A program made the translations under genes and the position numbers. The notes beneath the pieces were generated by a model. That model made no database searches. It was not told the DNA's origin and saw only the letters and a list, made by a program, of their open reading frames with translations. Below are positions 49,894 through 59,988 of a DNA stretch of 64,000 bases, one piece after another. Each line of letters begins with the position of its first letter. Position 1 is the stretch's first letter. Origin of the DNA: an uncultured delta proteobacterium (GTDB taxonomy: Bacteria; Desulfobacterota; Binatia; JACPRU01); the NCBI GenBank assembly GCA_963745025.1, contig CAVUWD010000010.1:64001-128000 (forward strand), written 5' to 3'.

Positions 49894-50301
49894 GTGAAAC
49901 CCGAAACCCGGCTTCTCTGGCTTCGCATCGTGATGGTGGCGACGGGTGCCTTCCTCGTGCTTCTGCTTCCCTTCATGTTCGATCTCTGGCCGGGCGGCTT
50001 TCGCTGGGCGCATCCGTCGATGCATCCGGCCTACGAGCGGATGATCATCGCCGTCTATTTTTCGCTCGGGATCTGCTTGTTCGCCGCCGCGCGCGATCCG
50101 GTGAGGCACGCGATCCTGATCGACTTCACGATCCTCTCGAGCCTGCTCCACGGCGCCGTCATGACGTACGACGCGTTCGTGCAGGAGCACGAGATGATGC
50201 ACCTCGTCGGTGACGTGCCGATCCTCTTCGCTCTGGCCGGCGTGCTGATCTGGTTGCATCCGCGGCGGCGGCTGCCCGAGGGCGCGGCGCTCGCGAGCTG
50301 A
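49894..50301 (+). CDS. small 4-TM membrane protein (DUF6632-like)
   Basis: AGGAGG RBS with GTG start; YERMI..VY..LG, AARDP..H..LIDF, SSLLHG.VM, HLVGDVP. Confidence 0.75.
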   Translation: MKPETRLLWLRIVMVATGAFLVLLLPFMFDLWPGGFRWAHPSMHPAYERMIIAVYFSLGICLFAAARDPVRHAILIDFTILSSLLHGAVMTYDAFVQEHEMMHLVGDVPILFALAGVLIWLHPRRRLPEGAALAS

Positions 50302-50304
50302 GGG

Positions 50305-50877
50305 CTACTCGCGGCAGAGCACGAACCAGTTGTTCATCGGCTTTCCCTCGCGTGTGGCGCGGCCGATCGACACGTGCGTCGAGACCCCGCGCATGAAGTC
50401 GCGGGTGCGGTAATAGATGACGCGGCTGAGCCGCGCGGAGTTCGGCAGGATCGGCGGCCACTGCGCGGGCTTTCGCGGCGGGAGCGCGCCGTAGTCGATG
50501 ACGACCTCGAGATCGCTCACGGGCCTCGCCACGAAGTAGCCCGGGCCGGTGAAGGCCTTGAAGCGCTGCTCGTTGTACCCCCAGAGCTCGCCGCTGCCGG
50601 CGTCGGGTTTGCAGAAGCGCTTTTCGAAGATCCTGAAGAGGGGGAGGGAGTTCCGCCCGTAGTGAATCACGGGTTGGAGCGCCGGAACGTCCGGCGGCAC
50701 GAAGTCGTCGAGCGTGATGCGCCGAAAGCCGGCAGCTCGATCGAAGAGCTGCGCCTGCTCGATCGCGGTGAGGCTACGCGCCTCGGCGATGCGCTCCGCG
50801 CCCTCGAGACCGTCGAGATACGCGGAGAGCCAACCGAGGTCGACGTCGCCACCGCGAAAAAAATCGTGGATCGACAT
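50305..50877 (-). CDS. conserved-looking hypothetical protein
   Basis: GC3-rich frame with motifs GRNSLPLF..FEKRF, GYNEQ, TGPGYF, IGRA, NWFVL. Confidence 0.75.
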   Translation of the reverse strand: MSIHDFFRGGDVDLGWLSAYLDGLEGAERIAEARSLTAIEQAQLFDRAAGFRRITLDDFVPPDVPALQPVIHYGRNSLPLFRIFEKRFCKPDAGSGELWGYNEQRFKAFTGPGYFVARPVSDLEVVIDYGALPPRKPAQWPPILPNSARLSRVIYYRTRDFMRGVSTHVSIGRATREGKPMNNWFVLCRE

Positions 50878-50952
50878 GACGACCCGGATAGACCAAAGGC
50901 GGCGGCCAGGAAAGAGCGCTTCGGCGTGGTCAGGGCAACAGTCGAGCGTTGT

Positions 50953-51894
50953 TTAGCGCGGCGCTGGCCCGGGCGTCGGCGTTTCACGCGGATCGAACAG
51001 CATCGCTCCCCATACCCCGTCGGTCTCGTAGGAGAGTGCCAGTTGGCCGACCATGAATCCGAACTTCTTCACGCCGGCGAGCTGCTTGAGGAAACGATCC
51101 TCGACCGCCATCTGCCCCGGCGGACACATCATCCGCGTCGCCCCGGCCGGCCCGACTGTCGCGTCGCCCGGCATCTCTCCGGGTTTCACCCCGGCGAAGT
51201 AGCGGTTGCAGCCCGCCGTGCCGGCGAACTTGCCGTCCTTGAACTCCATCGTCACCTGCGGCTCGGCAGGGGCTGGTTCGGCCAGGGTCCACGAGCGCAG
51301 CACCCACTCCGTGCCGGCGATCGTCTCGAGCGTCAGTCTCCCGGCCTTGGTCGCGGCGTCCGGCTCTCGCAGTCCCTTCGGCCCCAATCGCCAGCGGCGT
51401 GTGACCAGATCTCCCGGGCAGCAGGCTGCATCTTGCCGCCCGGCTTGTACCAGGTCAGCCACGATCTGCCGCTCGTCGACGCGGACATCGCGGATCTGCA
51501 CCCGGTCGCCCAGCCGCACTGTGGCGATGTTGCGCAGCCGGCCGTCGCGATGCGCGACGACAGCCAGGTAAAGGTATTCGCCGGAACCGCCGCCGTCCTC
51601 CGCGAGCAGAACGATCGCGTCGTCCGACCCGTCGTCATCCAGATCCGCGGCCCGGTAGAAGTCACGCACGAAGGTTATCCTAGGGCGCGACGCACCGCCT
51701 GCGACGTACGGTTCGCCCTCCCAATGACCGTCCTTCAGGGTGATCGGCGCCTTGATCACATCGAAGCCACTGTAGGTGCAGTTCTTCAGCTCACGGAGCG
51801 TCGGACCGGGCGGCGCAGCGAGCGCGGTGCGCCAGCCGGCCGCTGCGCCGCCAATGGCGGCCACCACAGCCAGGAGAACGATGCCCCGAGGCAT
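50953..51894 (-). CDS. exported META-domain (HslJ-like) protein
   Basis: Signal peptide; C-terminal GTEWVL..., GTAGCNRYF, ATRMMC, EDRFLKQL. Confidence 0.85.
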   Translation of the reverse strand: MPRGIVLLAVVAAIGGAAAGWRTALAAPPGPTLRELKNCTYSGFDVIKAPITLKDGHWEGEPYVAGGASRPRITFVRDFYRAADLDDDGSDDAIVLLAEDGGGSGEYLYLAVVAHRDGRLRNIATVRLGDRVQIRDVRVDERQIVADLVQAGRQDAACCPGDLVTRRWRLGPKGLREPDAATKAGRLTLETIAGTEWVLRSWTLAEPAPAEPQVTMEFKDGKFAGTAGCNRYFAGVKPGEMPGDATVGPAGATRMMCPPGQMAVEDRFLKQLAGVKKFGFMVGQLALSYETDGVWGAMLFDPRETPTPGPAPR

Positions 51895-51928
51895 GAAGAA
51901 CGGTGGCCTATGGACGGCCAGACCGGCT

Positions 51929-53473
51929 CTAGACGCCCGTCCCCGTCCGGGTGGCATCGACGAACTGCTCGGTCGAGTCGTCGATGACGCGGCCGTGGCG
52001 GCCGCGAGGCGGCAGGACGTAGAGCAGCTTGGAATTGATCTTCTCTTGCGTGGCCGCGGGCAGCGTCATCTCGTACTTGACGGGCCGCTGGTGATCGGCA
52101 AGCTGCAGCTTGGGGTCGTACACGCTGTTGAACTTCCAGAGCATCTTCACGAAGTTCGTCTGGCCGCGCAGAAGATGGCCGGCCGCGATCTTGGCCGTGG
52201 ACTTGAGCAGGGCCCAACCCAGGTGTTTTTTGTTCAGAACTTGCTGGGTCTTGACCAGCTCCTCGTAAAACTCCGAGAGCGGTAGCCGCGTCGGCAGCAC
52301 CGCGTGCTGGATGTCGAAGAGCCGATAGTCCCGCGTCTGGAACTTGCGCGCTTCGGTGCGCCAGCTCTCCGTGCCCGGGTAGGGCGTATTGACGCTGATG
52401 TTCACGATCTCCGGAACCTCCTGACACCACTCGCGGATGAGCGCAAAACGTGTCCGGTCCCAGTCGGGGTCGGCAATGATGTTGATCGCCACCTTGATGC
52501 CGAGCGAACGGGCGAACTCCAGCGCCTCGAAGTTCTTGCTTAGCGAGATGCGCTTGCGGTGCATTCTAAGGCCTTCTTCGTCGATCGCCTCGATGCCCAA
52601 GAACATGTATCGGAGCCCCAGCGTCTTCCAGAGCTGGAACACCTCCTTGTTCCGCAGGAGTACGTCCCCGCGCGTTTCCAAGTAGTACTGCTTTTTGATG
52701 CCCTGACGGGCGATCGCCTCGCCGATCTCGAGCCCGTGCTTCGCCTGGATGAAAGCCACGTCGTCCACGAGAAAGATGCCAGGCTCGTTGATCCGTTTTA
52801 GATCCTCGATGGCCCGCTCCGCGCTGACGACTCGGTAACTCCTCCCGTAGAAGGTCCAGGCGCTGCAGAATGAGCAGTCCCAGGGACAGCCACGGGCGAA
52901 TTCGATGGACGCGCAGGGGTCAAGCTCGCCGATGAAATATTTGCGGCGATGGCGCAGCAGATCGCGCGCGGGCCGCAGGTCATCCAGGCTGTCGACGAAC
53001 TGAGGCGGCGGTCCTTCACCGGCCAGCGTGACGACGCCCGGCACTTTGGTGATGGCGTTGCGATCGTGATCGACGGCCAGCAAGAGGCTGGTGACGGCCG
53101 CCTCGCCTTCACCCTTCAGAACGCAGTCGATGGTGCCTGCCGCATGCTCCAGAAATTCCCGCGCTATGAAGGAAGCGCTGTGGCCCCCGACGAAAAAGAA
53201 GCAGCCGGGCAGCTTCTCTTTGGTCAATTTGGCCAGGTCGACGATTTCCGGCACGTTCGCCAGATAGTTGCAGGAGAAGGCGACGACGTCGGGACTCCAG
53301 TCGTCGAGCAGCCTGACGTAGTCGCGATGCGTCTCCACCTGCAAGTCCAGCAGGCGGACGTCGTGGCCGGCCTGTCTGGCGGCTTGCGCGACCAACTCCA
53401 AACCGAGCGGCTCCAGCCGAAGATAGATCTTGGTGTACATGAGCGGACCCGGATGGACAGCAAGCACTTTCAT
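51929..53473 (-). CDS. hpnR: hopanoid C-3 methylase (B12-binding radical SAM)
   Basis: N-terminus VHPGPLMYTKIYLRLEPLGLE, B12-binding domain, RGCPWDCSFCSAWTFYG, FDIQHAVLPT; GGAGG RBS. Confidence 0.88.
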   Translation of the reverse strand: MKVLAVHPGPLMYTKIYLRLEPLGLELVAQAARQAGHDVRLLDLQVETHRDYVRLLDDWSPDVVAFSCNYLANVPEIVDLAKLTKEKLPGCFFFVGGHSASFIAREFLEHAAGTIDCVLKGEGEAAVTSLLLAVDHDRNAITKVPGVVTLAGEGPPPQFVDSLDDLRPARDLLRHRRKYFIGELDPCASIEFARGCPWDCSFCSAWTFYGRSYRVVSAERAIEDLKRINEPGIFLVDDVAFIQAKHGLEIGEAIARQGIKKQYYLETRGDVLLRNKEVFQLWKTLGLRYMFLGIEAIDEEGLRMHRKRISLSKNFEALEFARSLGIKVAINIIADPDWDRTRFALIREWCQEVPEIVNISVNTPYPGTESWRTEARKFQTRDYRLFDIQHAVLPTRLPLSEFYEELVKTQQVLNKKHLGWALLKSTAKIAAGHLLRGQTNFVKMLWKFNSVYDPKLQLADHQRPVKYEMTLPAATQEKINSKLLYVLPPRGRHGRVIDDSTEQFVDATRTGTGV

Positions 53474-53569
53474 GAGCCGTGACCTCCTCCTGGAGACCTG
53501 ACAGTTACCGCAAGAGACGGGGGAACAATTCCCGGGAGAATCCAGTCCCTGCCGTATCGTAGGGGTGAA

Positions 53570-54319
53570 TCATTTCATCGACCAACTGATCGTTGCAATG
53601 GCTCGTCTTCTCCGGTCATCACCGGAATATGGTTGACATTTGGCCCCCCCAATCCCCGCCAACACCTTCTCGAGATGAGGCCGGACATTCTCCGCCACGA
53701 TGCGCTGCCCCTCCGCCGTCGGATGCAATCCGTCCGGCTGCGTCAGCTCGGGATGGCCGCCGACGCCCTCCAGAAGAAACGGAACGAGCGCGATCTTCAT
53801 CTCCTTCGCGAGTTTCGCATAAACCGCCGCGAACTTCTCCGTATACTCCGGCCCATAGTTCGTCGGGATCCGCATGCCGAGGAGCAGAACCTTTGCACCC
53901 GCGCCGCGCGCCTTCGTGACGATCGCACTCAGGTTCGTCTCGAGTCCCTCGATCGGCTGGCCGCGCAGCGCATCGTTCGCGCCGAGGCCGACGACGAGAA
54001 CGTCGGGCTTCTGCTTGAGGACCCAGTCGAGCCGCCGAAGTCCCCCGGCGGACGTGTCGCCGCTCACGCCCGCGTTGACGAAGCGGATCGGATGCCCCGC
54101 CGCGGCGAGCTGCTTGGCGACGATCGCAGGATAGGCCTCGTCCTCCGACAGCCCGTAGCCGGCCGTGAGACTGTCGCCAAGAAATACGACGAGCGGCGGC
54201 GCGGGCGCGGGGACGGACGCGCCCGGAATGCCCGCAGCGGCCGCGCCCGGCGTATCCGAAATGACAGGCGCGCCTGACGCGACCGCAACGACCGCCCCGA
54301 CGAGAAGCAGAAGACGCAT
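53570..54319 (-). CDS. tesA: GDSL arylesterase / acyl-CoA thioesterase I
   Basis: FLGDSLTAGYG, NAGVSGDTS, LGANDALRG, DGLHP; divergent from ybbA/ybbP. Confidence 0.9.
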   Translation of the reverse strand: MRLLLLVGAVVAVASGAPVISDTPGAAAAGIPGASVPAPAPPLVVFLGDSLTAGYGLSEDEAYPAIVAKQLAAAGHPIRFVNAGVSGDTSAGGLRRLDWVLKQKPDVLVVGLGANDALRGQPIEGLETNLSAIVTKARGAGAKVLLLGMRIPTNYGPEYTEKFAAVYAKLAKEMKIALVPFLLEGVGGHPELTQPDGLHPTAEGQRIVAENVRPHLEKVLAGIGGAKCQPYSGDDRRRRAIATISWSMK

Positions 54320-54341
54320 GAAGATGGGATACTCGCCGGCC

Positions 54342-55124
54342 ATGAACGACGCCATCTCTCTCTCCTCGCTCTCCTCGAGCCGAACCTCGACCGGAACCCC
54401 GGCTGCGAATGGAAAACCGGCCGCTACTGGAAGCCCGTCCACCGACGGAAACCCGACGCCCCGCATCGAGCTCCGCAACCTCACTCGCCGCCTTCCGTCG
54501 GGCGGCCGGATGCTCACGATCGTCGACCGGGTCGACCTGCGGATCGCGCCGGGGGAATTTATCGCGATCCTCGGGCCGTCGGGAAGCGGCAAGTCGACGC
54601 TGCTTGCGCTCATGGCCGGGCTCGACCGGCCGACGGAGGGGGAAGCGCTCCTCGACGGCGTGCCGATCCACAACCTCTCGGAAGACGCGCTGGCGCTCCT
54701 GCGGCGGCACAAGATCGGCTTCGTGTTTCAGTCGTTCCAACTTCTTTCCAATCTGACGGCCCGCGAGAATATCATGCTGCCCCTCGAGCTCGCCGACGGC
54801 CACGACTCCGACCCCGAAGCCCGGGCCGACGAGCTTCTCCGCGCGGTCGGACTCGCCGAGCGGGGGCACCACTATCCCGGTCAGCTCTCGGGCGGCGAGC
54901 AGCAGCGTGTCGCGCTCGCGCGCGCGTTCGCGACGCGCCCGCCGATCCTCCTCGCGGACGAACCGACCGGCAACCTCGACTCCGAAACGGGCGCCGTCAT
55001 CCTCGACATGCTGAAGCGGCTCCGCTCGGATTCCGGCACGACGCTCGTTCTCGTGACGCACGATCCGGCCGTCGGCGCTCTCGCGGACCGGATCGTGCGC
55101 CTGAAAGACGGGCGGATCGCGTGA
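54342..55124 (+). CDS. ybbA: ABC transporter ATP-binding protein (YbbA-like)
   Basis: GPSGSGKS, LSGGEQQRVA, LLADEPTGNLD. Confidence 0.9.
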   Translation: MNDAISLSSLSSSRTSTGTPAANGKPAATGSPSTDGNPTPRIELRNLTRRLPSGGRMLTIVDRVDLRIAPGEFIAILGPSGSGKSTLLALMAGLDRPTEGEALLDGVPIHNLSEDALALLRRHKIGFVFQSFQLLSNLTARENIMLPLELADGHDSDPEARADELLRAVGLAERGHHYPGQLSGGEQQRVALARAFATRPPILLADEPTGNLDSETGAVILDMLKRLRSDSGTTLVLVTHDPAVGALADRIVRLKDGRIA

Positions 55125-57730
55125 CCTTCCGGCAGACCGTCCGCTTCATCCGGCGCGAGGCGCGCGGAGGACGCGGGCGGATCGCGTTCTTCATCGGATG
55201 CCTCGCGATCGGAGTCGCCGCGGTGTCCGCAGTCGCGGGGCTCTCGCTTGCACTCGATCGCGGGATCCGCGCCGAAGCCCGCAAGCTCCTCGCCGCGGAC
55301 ATCGCCGCCTCCGGCCGCCGTCCGCTGACGGCAGAGGTCGACGCCGCGATCGACGGGCTCATCGCGCGCGGCGGCGGGCGCGTGAAGCGGGCGGACATCA
55401 AGGAGCTCGCGACGATCGTCGCCTCGCCCGCGGGCAAGAGCCAGCTCGTGAAGCTGAAGGTCGTCGACGGCGGGTATCCCTTCTATGGAAAACTCGGACT
55501 TGATCCCGATCGACCGCTTGCCGAGCTGCTCGCCGCGTCGCGTTCGGGCGCGGCCGGCGTCGACGTGGCCGACGGGCCCGGCGGCGTTGTCGTCGCGCCC
55601 GATCTGTTGTCGCATCTCGGTCTCTCGAAGGGCGACACGCTGAAGATCGGCGGCGTCGATTTCCGCATCGCGGGTGTCGTTTCCTCCGAGCCCGACCGCA
55701 TCTCGATGTCGTTCACGCTCGGCCCGCGCGTTTTCATCTCCGGCGCGGGACTCGAGCGCGCGCACCTCGAGCGGCTCGGAAGCCACATCGAATACAGAAC
55801 GCTCGTCGCGGCGGGCGACACGGCGGACGCCGAAGAGATCGACGCGATCAAGAAGCGGATCGAATCCGCGCTCGCGGGAGACACCGCCTACAAGCTCGAA
55901 ACCTACGCCGACGCGCAGCCGGAGCTGCGTTCGGGATTGAAGCGGGCAGGGAGGTTTCTCGGTCTCGTCGCCCTTCTGTCCCTTCTCATCGGCGGCATCG
56001 GTGTCGCGCAGACGGTGCGCTCCTGGATCGCGGGGAGGATGGATTCGATCGCGATCCTGAAGTGCCTCGGGATGCGGCCGCGCGAGATCCTGGCCCTCTA
56101 CCTCGGACAGACCCTCCTCCTCGGCGCGATCGGCTCGCTCGTCGGATGCGCCCTGGGCGCTCTCGTCGTCCGGCTCGTTCCGCTCTTCATCGGAAACCTG
56201 CTGACGAACGTCGAGATCGACGCGGTCCAACCCGTTGCGATTCTTCGCGGCGTCGTCCTCGGGATCGGAATCGCCGTTCTCTTCAGCATCCCGCCGCTCA
56301 CGGTGCTTCGCCGCGTGGCGCCGCTTCGCGTGATGCGCCGGGAAGCGGAGCCGCTTCCGGCAGGGCGGATCGCCTCGGCATTGACGGGGGGCGTCCTCAT
56401 CGCCGGGATCTTCGTGACGGCCTGGGTACAGTCGGATTCGGCGGCGCTCGGCGGAGGGTTCACGCTCGGGATCGTCGTCGCCGTCCTCGCCCTCGCCCTC
56501 GCGGCGTTTGCGACCTCGCGCATCGTCGCGTCCGCGCGCCGGCTTCCCGCGCGGTCGACCCGGATCTGGCTGCGGCACGGGCTCACGGCCCTCGCGCGCC
56601 CGGGAGCGGGAACGCTCGGCGCGATCGTGGCGCTCGGACTCGGCGTCCTCGTCGTGGTGGCGATGTTCCTCGTCCACGACCGTCTGATCGAGGAGTTCCG
56701 CGCCGATCTTCCCGAGAGCTCGCCGACCGCGTTCGTCGTCGACATCCAGCCCGATCAGTGGGACGGGGTGCGCGCGATCCTCGAAAAGGAGAACGCGAGG
56801 AACATCGACTCGGTGCCGGTCGTGAACGCGCGGCTTCTATCGATCGACGGGCATCCGGTCGAGGATCTCGCGAAGAGCGTGCCCGACGAAGGTCGGAAAC
56901 GTTGGGTCCTGACGCGCGAACAGAACATCACCTATCTGCCGGATCTGCCGAAAGGGAACAAGATCGTCGCGGGGAAGCTGTGGAGCGACCCCGGGCACGG
57001 CGAGATCTCGATCGAGGACGACTTCGCGAAGGACCTTGGCGTCGGGCTCGGGTCGAAGCTCACGTTCAACGTGCAGGGGCTACCGGTCGAGCTCGTCGTG
57101 ACCAGCCTTCGAAAGGTCGACTGGAGGACGTTCGGGATCAACTTCTTCCTGATCGTCGAGCCGGGAGTTCTCGAAGGAGCGCCGCAGTCGCGGGTTGCGG
57201 CCGCGCGCCTCGTCGAGAACAACGATCCGAAGGCGTCCGAGAAGGAGCAGAGGATCCAGGACGAGCTCGCGGCCTCCTTCCCGAACGTCACGGTCCTGAA
57301 AATCCGCGAGATCATCGACAAGATCGTCACGATCCTCGACCGGCTCGGTCTCGGCATTCGTGTGCTCGGTAGCTTCACCGTGTTCGCGGGCATCGCGATC
57401 CTCGCCGGTGCGATCAGCGCGGGATCGATCCGCCGCGGCCGCGAGGTGGCGCTCCTCAAGACGCTCGGCATGACGCGCCGCGGCGTCGTCCTCGTGTTCT
57501 CGGTCGAATACGCGCTCATCGGCGCCGTCGCCGCCGGAATCGGCGTCGTCGGAGGCGGCGTCCTCGCCTGGGTCGTCCTCACGCGGGGAATGGAGATCGA
57601 GTGGCAGTTCCGGCCTGCGCCATTCGCGGTCGCGTTCGCCGGGACGATCGCGCTATCGGTCGTCGCGGGGCTCGCGGCGAGCGTTCGCGCTCTTTCGCGG
57701 AGCCCGATCGAAGTGCTGAGGGGGGAGTGA
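55121..57730 (+). CDS. ybbP: ABC transporter permease, FtsX/MacB type (YbbP-like)
   Basis: Two FtsX-like permease repeats; LLAADI, DIQPDQ, LRKVDW..FGINFF, ALLKTLG. Confidence 0.9.
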   Translation: MTFRQTVRFIRREARGGRGRIAFFIGCLAIGVAAVSAVAGLSLALDRGIRAEARKLLAADIAASGRRPLTAEVDAAIDGLIARGGGRVKRADIKELATIVASPAGKSQLVKLKVVDGGYPFYGKLGLDPDRPLAELLAASRSGAAGVDVADGPGGVVVAPDLLSHLGLSKGDTLKIGGVDFRIAGVVSSEPDRISMSFTLGPRVFISGAGLERAHLERLGSHIEYRTLVAAGDTADAEEIDAIKKRIESALAGDTAYKLETYADAQPELRSGLKRAGRFLGLVALLSLLIGGIGVAQTVRSWIAGRMDSIAILKCLGMRPREILALYLGQTLLLGAIGSLVGCALGALVVRLVPLFIGNLLTNVEIDAVQPVAILRGVVLGIGIAVLFSIPPLTVLRRVAPLRVMRREAEPLPAGRIASALTGGVLIAGIFVTAWVQSDSAALGGGFTLGIVVAVLALALAAFATSRIVASARRLPARSTRIWLRHGLTALARPGAGTLGAIVALGLGVLVVVAMFLVHDRLIEEFRADLPESSPTAFVVDIQPDQWDGVRAILEKENARNIDSVPVVNARLLSIDGHPVEDLAKSVPDEGRKRWVLTREQNITYLPDLPKGNKIVAGKLWSDPGHGEISIEDDFAKDLGVGLGSKLTFNVQGLPVELVVTSLRKVDWRTFGINFFLIVEPGVLEGAPQSRVAAARLVENNDPKASEKEQRIQDELAASFPNVTVLKIREIIDKIVTILDRLGLGIRVLGSFTVFAGIAILAGAISAGSIRRGREVALLKTLGMTRRGVVLVFSVEYALIGAVAAGIGVVGGGVLAWVVLTRGMEIEWQFRPAPFAVAFAGTIALSVVAGLAASVRALSRSPIEVLRGE

Positions 57731-58081
57731 GGGAGCGGTGAGCGCTCGCTTTTCGAGTCTCTCGATTATCGAGGAGCCTAGGTCCGGGGAAACCCCCCAC
57801 CGATTATTGATCGTTGCAGAAGTAATGGAAACGCTGGTGTCCTCCGGAATGTAGGTTTGCCAAGGGTTCCAGAGCTTCCACCTTTTCGATTACTTATGCA
57901 GGGCTCAAATAGACATGGTGGAGAAGCCCCACCGGTTGGGGGAATGCGCGCACACCCAGCCTCGCCTGCGTGAGACGAATCGGCCAACCGACAAGGCGCA
58001 GCCGCCTGGAACACTCCTTGCTCCGCTCTTGGGTGCACGATCTGGCCATGCACTCGACGAGAACAGACAAGGAGCACTGTC

Positions 58082-59605
58082 ATGGTGAATCGTTCAGCAA
58101 CGAGGACATTCGTCGTGACGGCACTCACCATGGCGCTCGCCGGCGGATCGTCCGCGCAGGTGTCCGATCCGGGCCGGCACAACCCACGGTCGCTCGATGA
58201 CATCCTCCGTCAAGAGCTCGCCTGGGCGGGCTTCACGGGTCGCATCGAGGAGAGCCTGGAGAGCCGGCTCGGGCGCCCGATCGACACGCGCCTCGCGGAC
58301 CTCGGGCGCCTCATCTTCTTCGACCAGCTGAACGGAATTTATGAGGACAACTCGTGCGCGGGTTGTCATGCGCCCATGAACGGGTTCGGCGACACGCAAT
58401 CGATCGCGATCGGCGTGGGTAACAACGGTGTGGTCGGCCCGAACCGACATGGAGCGCGCAATCAGCGGAAGGCGCCGATCGTCATCAACAGCGGCTTCTA
58501 TCCGAAACTCATGCTCAATGGTCGCTTCCAGTCTCTCTCGGAGGATCCCTTCGACAACTCACGGGGCTTCCAGTTCCCGCCCCCGGAAGGCACGATCCGC
58601 TTCCCGACGAACGATCCGAACGTGCGCACACTGCTCGCTGCCCAGGGACACATCCCGCAAACCGAGCTGGTGGAGATGGCGGGCTTCACGGGAACCGCCG
58701 GGACCATCGCGCCTCAGTTCGATGCCTTCGACGACGGCGAGGGCACGCCAGTGCCGCCGCCCGATGCCAGCGGGTTTCGCAACGAACCGATCCGCGACCT
58801 CGTGCTCGGGCGCTTCAATGGGGTGCAGGAGTACTTGGATCGATTCGGGGAGGCGTTCAACGGCGGCGCCCCGCTGCCGCGTGGCGGCATCACGTTCGCG
58901 ATGATCGGCAGTGCGCTCGCCGAGTTCGAGCTCTCGCTGACCTTTGCGGACGCGCCGATCGATCGGTTCGCGCGTGGCGAGAGCGACGCGCTCACGTCAC
59001 GAGAGAAGCAAGGCGCGGTCCTTTTCTTCGGCCGCGCAGGGTGCGTCGCGTGCCATGCCGTTGGCGGACGCTCGAACGAGATGTTCAGTGACTTCGAGAA
59101 CCACGTGCTCGGCGTCCCGCAGATCGCGCCCCGCTTCGGCGTAGGCTCCGGCAACGTGGTGTTCGACGGGCCTGGGCAGGACGAGGACTTCGGCGCCGAG
59201 CAAATCACCGGCGACCCTGACGACCGGTACAAGTTCCGCACATCGCCGCTCCGCAACGTCGCGGTGCAGCCGGCCTTCTTCCACAACGGCGCGTTCACGC
59301 GCCTCGAGGACGCGATCCGCCACCACGCGAACGTGGTGCGGTCGGCGCGCACCTACGATCCCAGCGACGCAGGGGTCGACGCCGACCTCACGGAGCGCCG
59401 CGGTCCGACGAAGCCGGTCTTGCGGCGCCTCGATCCGCTGGTGGCGAAGCCCACCCCGCTTTCGCCGAGCGAGCTCGATGCACTGGTAGCATTCGTTCGC
59501 GATGGTCTGCTCGACCCACGAGCGCTCCCCGCGAACCTCTGCCGATTCGTGCCGCCTACAGTGCCGAGCGGCATACCCATCGCACGGTTCGAAGGCTGCG
59601 AGTAG
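58082..59605 (+). CDS. di-heme cytochrome c peroxidase/MauG-superfamily protein
   Basis: Signal peptide; LGRLIFFD, CAGCH, G..LFFGRAGCVACH, FRTSPLRNV...FFHNG. Confidence 0.88.
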   Translation: MVNRSATRTFVVTALTMALAGGSSAQVSDPGRHNPRSLDDILRQELAWAGFTGRIEESLESRLGRPIDTRLADLGRLIFFDQLNGIYEDNSCAGCHAPMNGFGDTQSIAIGVGNNGVVGPNRHGARNQRKAPIVINSGFYPKLMLNGRFQSLSEDPFDNSRGFQFPPPEGTIRFPTNDPNVRTLLAAQGHIPQTELVEMAGFTGTAGTIAPQFDAFDDGEGTPVPPPDASGFRNEPIRDLVLGRFNGVQEYLDRFGEAFNGGAPLPRGGITFAMIGSALAEFELSLTFADAPIDRFARGESDALTSREKQGAVLFFGRAGCVACHAVGGRSNEMFSDFENHVLGVPQIAPRFGVGSGNVVFDGPGQDEDFGAEQITGDPDDRYKFRTSPLRNVAVQPAFFHNGAFTRLEDAIRHHANVVRSARTYDPSDAGVDADLTERRGPTKPVLRRLDPLVAKPTPLSPSELDALVAFVRDGLLDPRALPANLCRFVPPTVPSGIPIARFEGCE

Positions 59606-59689
59606 CGGAGCCGGTCGGCGCCGCCATCGGCGGCTCACCTGGCATCGGCACCGCCGCGGGTGCGGCGAGCGTTGTGGTGTGGAGCCTCT

Positions 59690-59936
59690 TCTCGTCGATG
59701 GTCGGCTGGATGACCCCGTCGCAACCGAGCGACGCGCACATGAATTACGCGAACATGTGCCCGAAGAACAGCAGCCACGGCGAACGAGGCGGCTTACCGG
59801 CGATCCGATTGGTGCCGTGCGCTTGGCTGCGACGCTTGGCTTCCTCGCTCGTGAGGCCGATCTCGCGGTCGGCGCCGAGTCGCTCTGCCGTCTCAGATTC
59901 GGAAAAGACCCACCATGCTGTCGATTGGGTACTCAT
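59690..59936 (-). pseudogene. cation-transporting P-type ATPase N-terminal remnant
   Basis: GLTSEEAKRR...GTNRI....P.SPW..F is the Cation_ATPase_N signature; in-frame TAA at 59745-59747; the rest of the gene is absent. Confidence 0.7.
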
Positions 59937-59988
59937 CGCAGTTTGCTCAGTCCGGTTCATGGAGGAATGTAGCCGGGAGAGGTTTCCG

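Noticed and set aside
57731-58081. AT-richer intergenic region as an ncRNA or mobile-element end
   Set aside because: No terminal repeats, no recognisable RNA motif and only a half FNR-like TTGAT; probably promoter DNA.
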